From Lachnospiraceae bacterium (lineage in GTDB: Bacteria > Bacillota > Clostridia > Lachnospirales > Lachnospiraceae), in the NCBI GenBank assembly GCA_045591685.1, contig JAZNTK010000032.1, forward strand, positions 37,072 to 101,071: a DNA stretch of 64,000 nt, given 5' to 3'. The position numbers and the translations under genes are program-made. The notes under the pieces were generated by a model. It was not told where the DNA came from. It saw only the letters and a program-made list of their open reading frames with translations, and did no database searches. This document shows, in pieces, positions 19,558 through 29,588 of this stretch; the stretch's first letter is position 1; every line of letters begins with the position of its first letter.

Positions 19558-19654
19558 AGAAGTAACGCTTTTTCGGAGAGACAGCAATCAAATTGTCCTT
19601 TTCAAAATAAGAAATTGTGTTATTACATGAAACATTCAGAAAGGATGCATAAAT

Positions 19655-20845
19655 ATGCCCAACTTACTCGAACTGGAAAACGCCATGCCCGTGGCACCCT
19701 TAAAAATTATTGCTCTTCCCAGTGCTAAACAGCTTGGTGAACGAATCAATGAATATTTGGTTGCTTTCCGTAAAGAAATCAACAATGTACATAAAAATGA
19801 CCCTGCTTTTCAGGGTTATATTGAAGACAATTACCTTGTAAAATATCAGACTCCCCGCTTCGGTAGCGGTGAAGGCAAGGGTGAATTATTGGAATCCATC
19901 CGTGGCAAAGACCTCTATCTCCTGGTAGATGTTTGTAACCACAGTTTAACATACAGGATGCACGGATATATTAATCACATGTCTCCCGATGACCACTATC
20001 AGGATTTGAAGCGTATCATTGCTGCTGCAACCGGTAAGGCTCACAGAATTAATGTTATCATGCCCTTCATGTATGAAGGCAGACAGCATAAAAGAAGCGG
20101 CCGCGAATCTTTAGACTGCGCTTATGCGTTGGAAGAATTAAGCGAGATGGGTGTTAGCAATTTTATTACCTTTGATGCTCATGATCCCAGAGTTCAGAAT
20201 GCTGCCCCTCTTTGCGGTTTCGATAATTTTACACCGAATTACCAGTTTGCAAGAACATTGTTAAGCTATGAAGACGATTTGATTATTGATAAGGATCATA
20301 CCATTGTTATCAGCCCCGATGAAGGCGCTCTTGACAGAGCAATCTACTTCGCTACCGTTCTCGGTGTTGATACCGGTATGTTTTATAAGCGTCGTGACTA
20401 TACAAGAATCGTAAACGGTAAAAATCCTATTGTTGCACATGAATTCTTAGGTGACAACATTGACGGCAAAGATGTAATCATTATTGATGATATGATTTCT
20501 TCCGGCGACAGTATGATTGATACTTCCCGTCAGTTAAAAGAAATGAATGCAAGACGCGTATTTATCTGCTGTACCTTTGGTTTATTCACAAATGGTCTGG
20601 AAGCATTTGATAAGGCTTACGAAAAAGGATATTTTGATAAGGTAATCACTACAAACCTTACCTATACGCTTCCTGAGCTTTTACAGCGTCCTTACTACTT
20701 GCAGGCTGATATGAGCAAGTTTACCGCTTCCATCATCGATTTTATGAACCACGATACTTCACTGACTCATACCTTAACCCCTACGGATAAGATTCATGAA
20801 ATCGTGAAATTGTATAATGCAAGAAAAACAGATATCGAATTTTAA
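19655..20845 (+). CDS. prs: Ribose-phosphate pyrophosphokinase
   Basis: RFGSGEG, YEGRQHK, TFDAH, SPDEG, YKRR, PRPP-binding DDMISSGDS. Confidence 0.95.
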   Translation: MPNLLELENAMPVAPLKIIALPSAKQLGERINEYLVAFRKEINNVHKNDPAFQGYIEDNYLVKYQTPRFGSGEGKGELLESIRGKDLYLLVDVCNHSLTYRMHGYINHMSPDDHYQDLKRIIAAATGKAHRINVIMPFMYEGRQHKRSGRESLDCAYALEELSEMGVSNFITFDAHDPRVQNAAPLCGFDNFTPNYQFARTLLSYEDDLIIDKDHTIVISPDEGALDRAIYFATVLGVDTGMFYKRRDYTRIVNGKNPIVAHEFLGDNIDGKDVIIIDDMISSGDSMIDTSRQLKEMNARRVFICCTFGLFTNGLEAFDKAYEKGYFDKVITTNLTYTLPELLQRPYYLQADMSKFTASIIDFMNHDTSLTHTLTPTDKIHEIVKLYNARKTDIEF

Positions 20846-20868
20846 AAATATGTTATGAAACAAAAGCG

Positions 20869-20908
20869 AAAAGCCCCGGATTCTATTTTGAATCCGAGGC
20901 TTTCTTTT
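20869..20908. terminator. Bidirectional terminator between convergent prs and DUF3169 genes
   Basis: AAAGCCcCGGATTC-loop-GAATCCGaGGCTTT flanked by A and T runs. Confidence 0.8.
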
Positions 20909-20929
20909 ATGTGTAGTTATATATTACTA

Positions 20930-21847
20930 TTATGAAATTTTACTTCCGCAAGTATTGGAGCCAAGCTTAATCGATGCTACACCGTATGTAATATTATTTA
21001 CCAACGCAATCACGGTAATAACTATAATAGGCAAAATACCAATTTCAAAGAACATCGCTCCCAATACGAATATTACCAAAAGAATAATCAAAGTATTATT
21101 CACAGCCTGAAATGCCTTATAAGACGCAAGACCAATCTGCATACGTTCTGCTTCATCACAGCTTGCGTACCACACCTTATCAAACTTCATATCATAAATA
21201 CTACCCTTTTTCTCGGGATTCATAAGTTTCGTAAGGTTAACACAAGATCTCTGAATTGCAAGACTGATAAATAATGTCGCCATAAATACCACAAGGTCAA
21301 TCATTCTCATATAAACATGCAACCAATTCGGTGATACTCCTTCTACAAAGGACATTGCCGCATAAAAAGCAAAACCGAAGAACGCAAAATTAATAAAATA
21401 AGTAACATTTGTGAAAATAATACTCATGGACAACTTTTTATCCACTGCATCATATTTCTCATCTTCGTCCATATCACTTTTCCAAAGTTTCTTGGCCTTA
21501 CACAAAAATGAAAATGAAATTATGATAAAAATAACATCCAAAATAATCAGAAGAAATGAAGCTGGAACCGCAAAATCTCTCTGCAACTGATTCCAGAATT
21601 CCACAAAAGTCATTCCGGATTCTTCCATGGATTCTACCAACCCTATACCGATTGCGCCGAGAACACCGCCCAAAAAACCGGAAATCATTAATATCACGGC
21701 AAACAAACCGACTTTATTTTTATCTTCCTTACGAATCTCTTCTTTACGCTCAGCAATTTCGTCTTTTACACTGTCTTCTGCTTTGCTTTCAATATCCGCA
21801 TACACTTCTTCATTTACTGTTTCAACATTAAGATTTTCATTATCCAT
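20930..21847 (-). CDS. DUF3169-like multi-pass membrane protein
   Basis: About six TM segments; family-like motif NPEKKG...W..SCDEAER....ASYKAF; follows an XRE gene. Confidence 0.75.
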   Translation of the reverse strand: MDNENLNVETVNEEVYADIESKAEDSVKDEIAERKEEIRKEDKNKVGLFAVILMISGFLGGVLGAIGIGLVESMEESGMTFVEFWNQLQRDFAVPASFLLIILDVIFIIISFSFLCKAKKLWKSDMDEDEKYDAVDKKLSMSIIFTNVTYFINFAFFGFAFYAAMSFVEGVSPNWLHVYMRMIDLVVFMATLFISLAIQRSCVNLTKLMNPEKKGSIYDMKFDKVWYASCDEAERMQIGLASYKAFQAVNNTLIILLVIFVLGAMFFEIGILPIIVITVIALVNNITYGVASIKLGSNTCGSKIS

Positions 21848-21931
21848 TCTAATAAACAATCCTTTCAAAAGATATTATGGTATATCTCTTTGATACTATA
21901 TTTCCAAATTCCCTTTATACATTTCATCGTC

Positions 21932-22135
21932 TCAGTCTTCTTCGTACTGAAAAGCTTCCTCTACCGTCACGTCAAATACCTTTGCAATTTTAATTGCCAG
22001 GGTGACAGAGGGGGAATAATCCCCTCTCTCTATCAAACTTATGGTCTGACGACTGGCCCCCACTAACTTTCCCAATTCCTGCTGGTTAATGTTTTTGCGG
22101 GCCCGCAATTCTTTTAATCGATTATATAATGGCAT
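21932..22135 (-). CDS. XRE-family HTH transcriptional regulator
   Basis: NRLKELR...QQELGKLVGASRQTISLIERGDYSPSVTLAIKIAKVF; ATG follows a GGGGGTG RBS. Confidence 0.93.
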   Translation of the reverse strand: MPLYNRLKELRARKNINQQELGKLVGASRQTISLIERGDYSPSVTLAIKIAKVFDVTVEEAFQYEED

Positions 22136-22152
22136 GTCTGCCACCCCCTATT

Positions 22153-23232
22153 TTAAACTAATGCTGATGCAATGATACTTCCATAACCAAATACAAACAG
22201 AATCAAACATGCAATCCAGAATAAAATCATTCCGCCATTAAACACGCTCTTAGCAAATAATGTACTCTTTTTCACTGCAACAGGTGCAGGATTTAACTTA
22301 AACTTCTTACGGTTTACGAAGAAAAGAATAATGCCGACAATCGCAAAGATTGCAAGGAAACCTTCCCAAGCCACTAATACCATAGAACTTACGCCTGCCA
22401 TTACCGCATTTGGGTCTCCGTTCATCATGGCAATTGCAAAATCAGGCTCCTCCGCATATGACGCATACTGCAATGTCCACTGTGTTAAGTAAGTGGTAAT
22501 TACAGATGATGTAAGGTTAATTACCATATGCATTGCGATGGTGTACCATATTTTACCGGTTCTTAAGTAAATGAATGCCCAGAACATACCCAAACCTGCT
22601 GCAAAGAATGCCTGCTGGAAGTTACCGTGGAACAAACCGAACATAATACCTGATAACATAATCGCTACAAATTCACCATACTTTGCCACACGGTCAATCA
22701 GTAACTTACGGAAAATAAATTCTTCCACGATGGGTGCACAAATACCAACCGTAAGAATTCTCCAGAATGCATCAGAACCCATCATCAACTGGCCCAAAGC
22801 ACTTGACTGATCCAAACCGATGCTAAAGGGCAATGTAATAAGGGAGTGAACTGCCAAACCAACACCCATACCTACAAAACAGATACCTGCACCGATAAAT
22901 ACACAAATAATAAACTTACCAAAGCTCATCTTCTTCTTTTCAATCTTAACGGTGGGCATTTTACTTGTTAAAAGAATTAACAACCCGAATCCCAGCACAT
23001 GCATAGGGATGATAATTGATAAAAAGCTTACCCATGATTCATTGACAAATTTCTCCGGAATCAGCATTCCAAATACTATCTGGAAAATTATGGTTGCTAC
23101 TAAGAACAACGCGTACTTCCAACCAATCTTACCTACGTATTTCTTCATTTCAGCAAAAAAACCTGCAGTGTCAGGAATATTTTCCTGCATTTCTTCGCTT
23201 ATTACCTGTTCAAAACCTAAATTCTCTTCCAT
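22153..23232 (-). CDS. CPBP (CAAX/Abi) intramembrane metalloprotease
   Basis: APIVEEFIFR, FGLFH, HMVIN motifs; polytopic. Confidence 0.9.
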   Translation of the reverse strand: MEENLGFEQVISEEMQENIPDTAGFFAEMKKYVGKIGWKYALFLVATIIFQIVFGMLIPEKFVNESWVSFLSIIIPMHVLGFGLLILLTSKMPTVKIEKKKMSFGKFIICVFIGAGICFVGMGVGLAVHSLITLPFSIGLDQSSALGQLMMGSDAFWRILTVGICAPIVEEFIFRKLLIDRVAKYGEFVAIMLSGIMFGLFHGNFQQAFFAAGLGMFWAFIYLRTGKIWYTIAMHMVINLTSSVITTYLTQWTLQYASYAEEPDFAIAMMNGDPNAVMAGVSSMVLVAWEGFLAIFAIVGIILFFVNRKKFKLNPAPVAVKKSTLFAKSVFNGGMILFWIACLILFVFGYGSIIASALV

Positions 23233-23254
23233 TTTGTGTCTCCTCTCACACGTT

Positions 23255-23382
23255 TGACGCCTTTCTTTTGCACTTTGACGTCTTTTATTTGCAACTTGAC
23301 AACTTTAATTGTCATCCATAATATACCATTGACAAAGAAAGTTGTCAATACTATTTTATAAAAATGACAAAAAAAGTTGTCA
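23255..23382. promoter_or_regulatory. Array of five TGAC-type operator boxes overlapping a sigmaA promoter
   Basis: Perfect TGACAA-N6-TTGTCA at 23297, 23330 and 23365; degenerate copies at 23255 and 23276; minus-strand TTGACA-N17-TATATT at 23348-23320. Confidence 0.8.
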
Positions 23383-23398
23383 CACAGAATTAAGATAT

Positions 23399-23431
23399 AA
23401 AAAATACAGGAGTACTTTCATACTCCTGCAT
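23399..23431 (-). terminator. Intrinsic terminator after tyrS
   Basis: Minus strand ATGCAGGAGTA-TGAAAG-TACTCCTGTAT-TTTTT. Confidence 0.8.
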
Positions 23432-23485
23432 TCTAACACGTTTCGTTTTATACCATTTATTTGTAAAATGCGACGAACGATAACA

Positions 23486-24709
23486 CTATACCAAAATCTT
23501 ACAGAAATTCTTCTTGCCTCTTCTTACAATAAATTCACCTGCACCGATTTCTTCCTTGGTATAAACCTTCTTGATGTCGGTAATCTTTTCATCATTAACG
23601 GCTACACCACCCTGCTCAATGGCACGACGACCTTCGCTTCTGGTAGGCACAAGCTTAGCACTTGCAAGAATACCGATTAAGTCGATGCTTCCGTCTCTGT
23701 AGTCTTCTTCCTGTAAGGTATAGGTAGGCATATTGGCATTGTTACCACCACCGCCGAATAAAGCTTTGGAAGCTTCCTGCGCCTTCTGAGCTTCTTCTTC
23801 ACCATGAATCATCTTGGTTAATTCAAAAGCAAGAATTTCCTTGGCAGTATTTAACTGACTGCCTTCCCAGTCACTCATTTTATCGATTTCTTCCAAAGGA
23901 AGGAAGGTAAGCATACGGATACATTTTAAAACATCCGCATCGCCGATATTTCTCCAGTACTGATAGAATTCGAAAGGTGAAGTCTTGTTTGCATCTAACC
24001 AAACAGCACCCTTCTCTGTTTTACCCATCTTCTTACCTTCTGAGTTAAGAAGCAAAGTAATGGTCATAGCATATGCATCCTTACCTAATTTACGACGAAT
24101 AAGCTCGGTACCGCCAAGCATGTTACTCCACTGGTCATCACCGCCGAACTGCATGTTACAGCCGTATTTCTCGTACAACATAAGGAAGTCGTAGCTCTGC
24201 ATAATCATATAGTTGAATTCTAAAAAGCTTAAACCTTTTTCCATTCTCTGCTTGTAGCATTCTGCAGTAAGCATTCTGTTTACGCAGAAATGAGGACCTA
24301 CTTCTCTTAAAAATTCAACATAGTTTAAGTCAAGCAACCAGTCTGCATTGTTTACCATCATAGCCTTGCCATCGCTAAAATCGATAAACTTACTCATCTG
24401 CTCCTTAAAACAGTCACAGTTATGCTGAATGGTTTCCTTGGTCATCATTTTACGCATATCAGACTTACCGGAAGGATCACCAATCATACCGGTACCACCG
24501 CCAATCAATGCGATAGGCTTGTTACCAGCCATCTGTAATCTCTTCATCAAGCAAAGTGCCATGAAATGTCCTACATGTAAACTGTCTGCCGTAGGGTCAA
24601 AACCAATATAAAAAGTCGCTTTACCATTATTGATAAGCTCTTTGATTTCCTCTTCGTCTGTTAACTGCGCAAGCAAACCTCTTGCCTGCAACTCGTCATA
24701 AATTGTCAT
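23486..24709 (-). CDS. tyrS: Tyrosine--tRNA ligase
   Basis: [27 protein letters not shown]-terminal S4-like domain; alternative start at 24724. Confidence 0.97.
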   Translation of the reverse strand: MTIYDELQARGLLAQLTDEEEIKELINNGKATFYIGFDPTADSLHVGHFMALCLMKRLQMAGNKPIALIGGGTGMIGDPSGKSDMRKMMTKETIQHNCDCFKEQMSKFIDFSDGKAMMVNNADWLLDLNYVEFLREVGPHFCVNRMLTAECYKQRMEKGLSFLEFNYMIMQSYDFLMLYEKYGCNMQFGGDDQWSNMLGGTELIRRKLGKDAYAMTITLLLNSEGKKMGKTEKGAVWLDANKTSPFEFYQYWRNIGDADVLKCIRMLTFLPLEEIDKMSDWEGSQLNTAKEILAFELTKMIHGEEEAQKAQEASKALFGGGGNNANMPTYTLQEEDYRDGSIDLIGILASAKLVPTRSEGRRAIEQGGVAVNDEKITDIKKVYTKEEIGAGEFIVRRGKKNFCKILV

Positions 24710-24802
24710 TTCTTCGTTCTCCATTTCTTTTTATATCGTTTTTATGTGTTTCAATACACAAATTTATTATCATAAAATCAAAATTTTAAAACACTGCCAC
24801 TT

Positions 24803-24831
24803 ATTATAAAATTCATTACAATATTTGTCAA
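24803..24831 (-). promoter_or_regulatory. sigmaA promoter of tyrS
   Basis: Perfect TTGACA-N17-TATAAT. Confidence 0.85.
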
Positions 24832-26121
24832 TTACTCTAAGTTCTCCGCCGGCAATAATGCCTCTTTGGTATATCGGTTTGACGCATTCCAGAGAATCCA
24901 CTCTGTATATCCTGCATCATACACCGCCTGAATCTGTTCCCGAACCTCTGCGGCTCCATAGGCATGATAAGGTTTGATCCAACTTGCAGTAAAATCCTGG
25001 AGCCAAGGTCTTACAATGGGCTTATCACCTTCTGCCAGACCTGCCAAGGCTGTATCTGAAGCCTGTAATGCCCCCGTAATCATCTCATAAGGTGCACTGT
25101 TGGGATATTGCTGATCATATACTCCGGAAGCATAATGGGAGGGATAAATCATAGGACAAATCACATCCAGATTACTGCTGATAGCCGCATAGTCCTGACC
25201 TACAATACCACTATCGTATGCATTATCAATAATTGTTCCGAATACATCCGCTGAAACAGCTACACCAAGCGGCGATAATTTATCGTGAACATACTGTGTA
25301 AACTGCGTGATAATCTCCGTTTTGGACACTACATCTGAATCTTCCCCATAATCCACTTCACCTGTTTTTATTTCCGTAGAAAATCTTACATAGTCAAACT
25401 GAATCTCATCAAATCCGTCAGCTACCGCACATTCCGCCACTTCCACCAGATAATCCCAGACTTCTCTTTTATAAGGATTTACCCAGGCAAGTCCGCTGTT
25501 ATCATAATATATGGAACCGTTGGTGCGATGCACACTCCACTCAGGCTTTGCCTCCGCAAGATGCGGGTCACGGAAAGCTACAATACGGGCAATTACATAA
25601 ATACCCATCTCATGGAGTCTTTCCACCAATGCAGGCATATCTTTCACATATCTTACGGTAGCATCTAAGGCTTCCACGGTTTCACTGTTCATGGAATACG
25701 TCACAAAACCGTCATCGTTTTTGACATCAATGACAACAGCATTTAACTCTGTTTCTTCCAACAGTTGAAAAATTTCCTCCATACGGGCATGTCCGGCTAC
25801 CGGACCTGTCACATAGATTCCTTTTACTGCAGGCGGTACCTCCTTGGGAACAGCCAACATTTTCCCTTCATCTGTCATCTGCGCTACAAGGTATTCCTTT
25901 AACGCCTCTTCATCCTCCGGCAATGCCGGAAGCAAATCTTGCATATTCTCAGAATTCTCCTCAGAAATCAATATTTCGGAAGAAACTTCTATCGCATTGC
26001 CCTCATTATTTCTAAAATATCCAAGCAGGAAACAAGCTGCAAAAAGTACCGCGGCACCGATGCAAACGGGTATTACCGTTCCTGCTTTTAATTTTCTTTT
26101 CTTTTTATTCCCCTGTGTCAA
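24832..26121 (-). CDS. Membrane-anchored putative glycoside hydrolase (DUF4015-like TIM barrel)
   Basis: N-terminal anchor; KGIYV, NAVVIDVK, FDEIQFDYVRF, PMIYPSHY, RPWLQDF, WILWN. Confidence 0.8.
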   Translation of the reverse strand: MTQGNKKKRKLKAGTVIPVCIGAAVLFAACFLLGYFRNNEGNAIEVSSEILISEENSENMQDLLPALPEDEEALKEYLVAQMTDEGKMLAVPKEVPPAVKGIYVTGPVAGHARMEEIFQLLEETELNAVVIDVKNDDGFVTYSMNSETVEALDATVRYVKDMPALVERLHEMGIYVIARIVAFRDPHLAEAKPEWSVHRTNGSIYYDNSGLAWVNPYKREVWDYLVEVAECAVADGFDEIQFDYVRFSTEIKTGEVDYGEDSDVVSKTEIITQFTQYVHDKLSPLGVAVSADVFGTIIDNAYDSGIVGQDYAAISSNLDVICPMIYPSHYASGVYDQQYPNSAPYEMITGALQASDTALAGLAEGDKPIVRPWLQDFTASWIKPYHAYGAAEVREQIQAVYDAGYTEWILWNASNRYTKEALLPAENLE

Positions 26122-26206
26122 TCAAATCATCTCTTTTCTCATGTGGATTTATGATAAAAGGATTACAAGACAAGCTCCTTTTATAAAGAATATAACCCCC
26201 GTCCGA

Positions 26207-26557
26207 TTAACAATAGCAAAAAGCATTCCGAAACCACTGAATATTATCACCGCAAATTGCAATTACATCAAAACGCATGGGCTTAAATTCTCCAATACCA
26301 TGCTTCATCCGATAAAAGTCCGCCACCCTGCAAATGGTGTGGCATTTCTTTGGTGAAACAGCCTCAATAGGGCTTCCTTTTCTTTCGTTCCTGCGATATT
26401 TTACTTCAAAAAAAACAAGGTAATCTCCATCATATCCTATGATATCAATTTCCCCAAAACGATTTCGGAAATTACGTTCCGTGATTCTGACACCCTGTTT
26501 TTCAAGAAACCGTACCGCAAGACTTTCATATTCCGTTCCGGTCTGTCTTTTATTAAT
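26207..26557 (-). CDS. yraN: YraN (UPF0102) family PD-(D/E)xK protein, apparent ATT start (not in ORF track)
   Basis: Hand translation, 116 aa: (M)NKRQTGTEYESLAVRFLEKQGVRITERNFRNRFGEIDIIGYDGDYLVFFEVKYRR...GSPIEAVSPKK...MRFDVIAI...WFRNAFCYC*; AGGAGG 7 nt before ATT. Confidence 0.88.
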   Translation of the reverse strand: MNKRQTGTEYESLAVRFLEKQGVRITERNFRNRFGEIDIIGYDGDYLVFFEVKYRRNERKGSPIEAVSPKKCHTICRVADFYRMKHGIGEFKPMRFDVIAICGDNIQWFRNAFCYC

Positions 26558-26558
26558 A

Positions 26559-26855
26559 CTACTTCCTCCTCTGATCCAATTCCTTCTGCCTTATCTTATC
26601 CATTGCATCCACAAAAATAAGAATTTCGGCAACTACCTCATACAACTCCGGAGGTATCATTTCCCCGATTTCCAAGCGAGATAACGTATCTGCCAGCTTA
26701 TCATCACGATGTAGCGGCACATTCGCTTCTTTTGCTTTTTCTATAATTCGTTCCGCCAATGCACCCTGACCGGAGGCAATGACCTTCGGTGCGTCCTCAC
26801 TGGGATTGTATTCCAGTGCAATGGCCTGCTTACGTTTTGTTTTTTTATCCTGCAT
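26559..26855 (-). CDS. FlhB C-terminal-like protein (YlqH/FlhX; EscU/YscU family)
   Basis: AIALEY...APKVIASGQG.LAERII..A....VP...IPPELYEVVAEIL, visibly similar to the FlhB tail after NPTH. Confidence 0.9.
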   Translation of the reverse strand: MQDKKTKRKQAIALEYNPSEDAPKVIASGQGALAERIIEKAKEANVPLHRDDKLADTLSRLEIGEMIPPELYEVVAEILIFVDAMDKIRQKELDQRRK

Positions 26856-26918
26856 AAAAGACCTCTTAATTCAAGCTTCCTTTTATATCCTTTTTGCTAC
26901 AACAATTCAGCGAAAAAC

Positions 26919-28742
26919 CTATGCCCTGACATCAAAACGATATACGGCAATGGCATCTCCCTGAGACTTTGATTCCACGGACAACGACTCTGTCGCAGGC
27001 AAAATATCTTCTTTTAAAGACATCTGCTGTTCCTTAACCTTCATTTCCGTGCTTAAACTGTAGCCTCTTCTTTCCAGACGTTCACTTAACATATCCATAT
27101 GTTCCGCGATAAAATCCAAGGTTTCTTCAGACTCCAGACAAAACTCCGTGCTGACATTTTTATCCTGCATTTTAACAAATACATCCACCATACCCAAATG
27201 CTGCATATCCAGATGCAATGCCGCACTTACGGTATCCTTACCCCCTGCAAGACTTCTTTTATCCGCATATACATATAAATCACCTGTAGCAGACTGTCCG
27301 TTCATCTTCAGAGGTAACTGCACATAAGGCATGAACTGGTTTAACTGATTTAAAAAGTCCACATTTTCCTGAAATTGTTGTAAATTCTGCATCAGAGCCG
27401 AGCTCTCAGACAACGACTGTGCCATGGAATGAATAACGGAATTTACCTGATTGTTAATGCGATTATAAAATTCCGTAACATTTTTACCGTTCTCTACTTC
27501 CTTCGGGTCTAAAAGCCAGGTATTTTGCAACTCCTTGCCGATTAGTTTGCTAAAGCCTTTATCATTCCACAATTCGCCCGCCGTAGCTGCATCCTTACTT
27601 GCCAGTTCAGCTTTTAACATGTTAAAAAGCTCATTCATGGGGAGTTCCCCCGTTCTTACCATGGATACCATTTCCTTGGAAAAACCGTTCTGCTCCAATA
27701 CTGTGGCCAGTTGCGTATATTCAGCCTTCGTTAAAACTCCGGATAAAACCTTATCATTCGTCCCCGTAAGAATGGCTTCTTCGCCATCCACAGTCATCCC
27801 CTGTACCAACGCAGAATTACCTTCTTTTCCGTCTGCCAAAGTATGTACCTGGTTCTGCGGATTCATGGCTTCTTCTAAGGCAGCCAATGCTTTATCCATG
27901 GCTGTTTGAGGAGCCTTATCTGCCACTCCTTCCGGCTGTTGTTGTATCTTCCCTGCCACATCGCCTTCGGCATCTTCCACAAGTCCTTCCGCCGACAAAA
28001 CACTGCTATTTTCACCTGCCTGCAGGGCAAGCTCACCCTCATGTTCGGCAATCAATGCCACAAGTTCCTGTGTGACAGCCATTACTTTTCCGGCTTCGCC
28101 GTTTGCTGCCATATTTTTTAATTCTGCCGGTATTTCATTGATTAATTCCTGAATTGTTCCTGCAACACGTTCCTCATAATTTACAAGAGCCTGAAACTGC
28201 TCCACATTCTGAGGTGTGGTTTCCATACCAATTTTATGCATATGTACCAGCAACGACTGCTCTACATCCGGGAATTGCACAATGTCATGATACACGCTTT
28301 GCAAAGACTGCCTGTCAATGGACATGCCTTCTTTCATAAGAGAGGCAATCATCTGTAACGACTGGTCATTTGCAGAAATACCTGCCGCCTGTAACGCATT
28401 ATTTGCCAGCTGTTCCTGTGCAAGATTGGTAAAAAGAGCTCTTAATGCAATCTGTCCGTTCTGATTGTTGCTTACTTCAAACATCATCTTCTGTCCCACA
28501 GCAACATTCATGCTCTGTTCTAATCTGGCATTGATGACTGCATTGTCTGCAATTTTAATTTCTACTTCATTTCCGTTTACGGAAACTACCTCGCCTTGTA
28601 AGGTTTCTCCTGCAGACATGCCTTTTAAGGCTTCCATTCCTTTATCCACCTGAGTTTGGGCATTATTTACAACACCGGTACTGTCATTTACTACCGGTGT
28701 TCCCGTGCCGTATGAAATTAGGTTGGATAAATGAAAACCCAT
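26919..28742 (-). CDS. Flagellar hook-length control FliK-like protein (YlqG position)
   Basis: C-terminal FliK-like domain (YVQLPLKM...ALHLDMQHLGMVDVFV...FDVRA); sits between rnhB and the ylqH-like gene. Confidence 0.75.
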   Translation of the reverse strand: MGFHLSNLISYGTGTPVVNDSTGVVNNAQTQVDKGMEALKGMSAGETLQGEVVSVNGNEVEIKIADNAVINARLEQSMNVAVGQKMMFEVSNNQNGQIALRALFTNLAQEQLANNALQAAGISANDQSLQMIASLMKEGMSIDRQSLQSVYHDIVQFPDVEQSLLVHMHKIGMETTPQNVEQFQALVNYEERVAGTIQELINEIPAELKNMAANGEAGKVMAVTQELVALIAEHEGELALQAGENSSVLSAEGLVEDAEGDVAGKIQQQPEGVADKAPQTAMDKALAALEEAMNPQNQVHTLADGKEGNSALVQGMTVDGEEAILTGTNDKVLSGVLTKAEYTQLATVLEQNGFSKEMVSMVRTGELPMNELFNMLKAELASKDAATAGELWNDKGFSKLIGKELQNTWLLDPKEVENGKNVTEFYNRINNQVNSVIHSMAQSLSESSALMQNLQQFQENVDFLNQLNQFMPYVQLPLKMNGQSATGDLYVYADKRSLAGGKDTVSAALHLDMQHLGMVDVFVKMQDKNVSTEFCLESEETLDFIAEHMDMLSERLERRGYSLSTEMKVKEQQMSLKEDILPATESLSVESKSQGDAIAVYRFDVRA

Positions 28743-28754
28743 CTTTTACCTCTT

Positions 28755-29516
28755 TTATACAAAATTGCCGATAAAACTTCTTCGATGAATCGGTGTCGGC
28801 CCCTGCATCTTTAATGCGTCAATATGCTTCTGGGTACCATACCCCTTATTGGATGCAAAATCAAAACCGGGATACTCCTTGTCATACTCTACCATCATGC
28901 GGTCTCTTGTTACCTTGGCAACAATGCTTGCAGCAGCTATGGACACACTCTTGGCATCTCCCTTAATAATGGGAACCTGCTTGATATCCACACCCGGAAT
29001 GGTCACCGCATCATTTAACAATACGTCAGGTTTCACCTTCAAATTTGAAATTGCCTCACGCATAGCTTCATAAGTAGCCTGTAAAATATTGATTTGATCA
29101 ATACGTGCGGCATCCCTCATGCCAATACCGACCGCAAGCGCTTCCTTCATGATGACATCATAAAGTTCTTCTCTCTTTTTTTCGGAAAGTTTCTTGGAAT
29201 CATTTAGATATAAAATATTGGAATTTGCAGGTAAAATGACCGCACATGCTACTACAGGCCCTGCAAAAGGTCCTCTGCCCACTTCATCAATACCGCAGAC
29301 ATAGCCGTACTCTGCATATTCGTACTCATATTTCTTCAAACCTTCTGTCCTAAGGATTTCCTTATCAATGGACTCTATCGCCTTTTTTGCCTTATTTACA
29401 AGGCTTATAACACCGCTTCGTTCATCAGAACCGTATTCTTTTATAAACTGCTCTAATTCTTCTTTTCCTTGCACCTGTGACAAGGTATCTTTAATCACAC
29501 CTATTTTAACTTCCAT
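28755..29516 (-). CDS. rnhB: Ribonuclease HII
   Basis: GIDEVGRGPFAGPV, DSKKL, KGDAKS..IAAASIVAKVTRD. Confidence 0.97.
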   Translation of the reverse strand: MEVKIGVIKDTLSQVQGKEELEQFIKEYGSDERSGVISLVNKAKKAIESIDKEILRTEGLKKYEYEYAEYGYVCGIDEVGRGPFAGPVVACAVILPANSNILYLNDSKKLSEKKREELYDVIMKEALAVGIGMRDAARIDQINILQATYEAMREAISNLKVKPDVLLNDAVTIPGVDIKQVPIIKGDAKSVSIAAASIVAKVTRDRMMVEYDKEYPGFDFASNKGYGTQKHIDALKMQGPTPIHRRSFIGNFV

Positions 29517-29588
29517 ATTTGCGTTCTCTCTTATCGTACTTCTTTCATTGACATTTCATCTAATTTGCATATTCTGCCTATAAAACCA

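Noticed and set aside
21853-21853. ATT start for the DUF3169 gene
   Set aside because: An in-frame ATG lies two codons downstream, at a spacing similar to that of the MutS-like gene.
23255-23382. Mini CRISPR array
   Set aside because: Units are 18-bp palindromes with 3-17 nt gaps over a promoter; there are no spacer-sized unique sequences and no cas genes.
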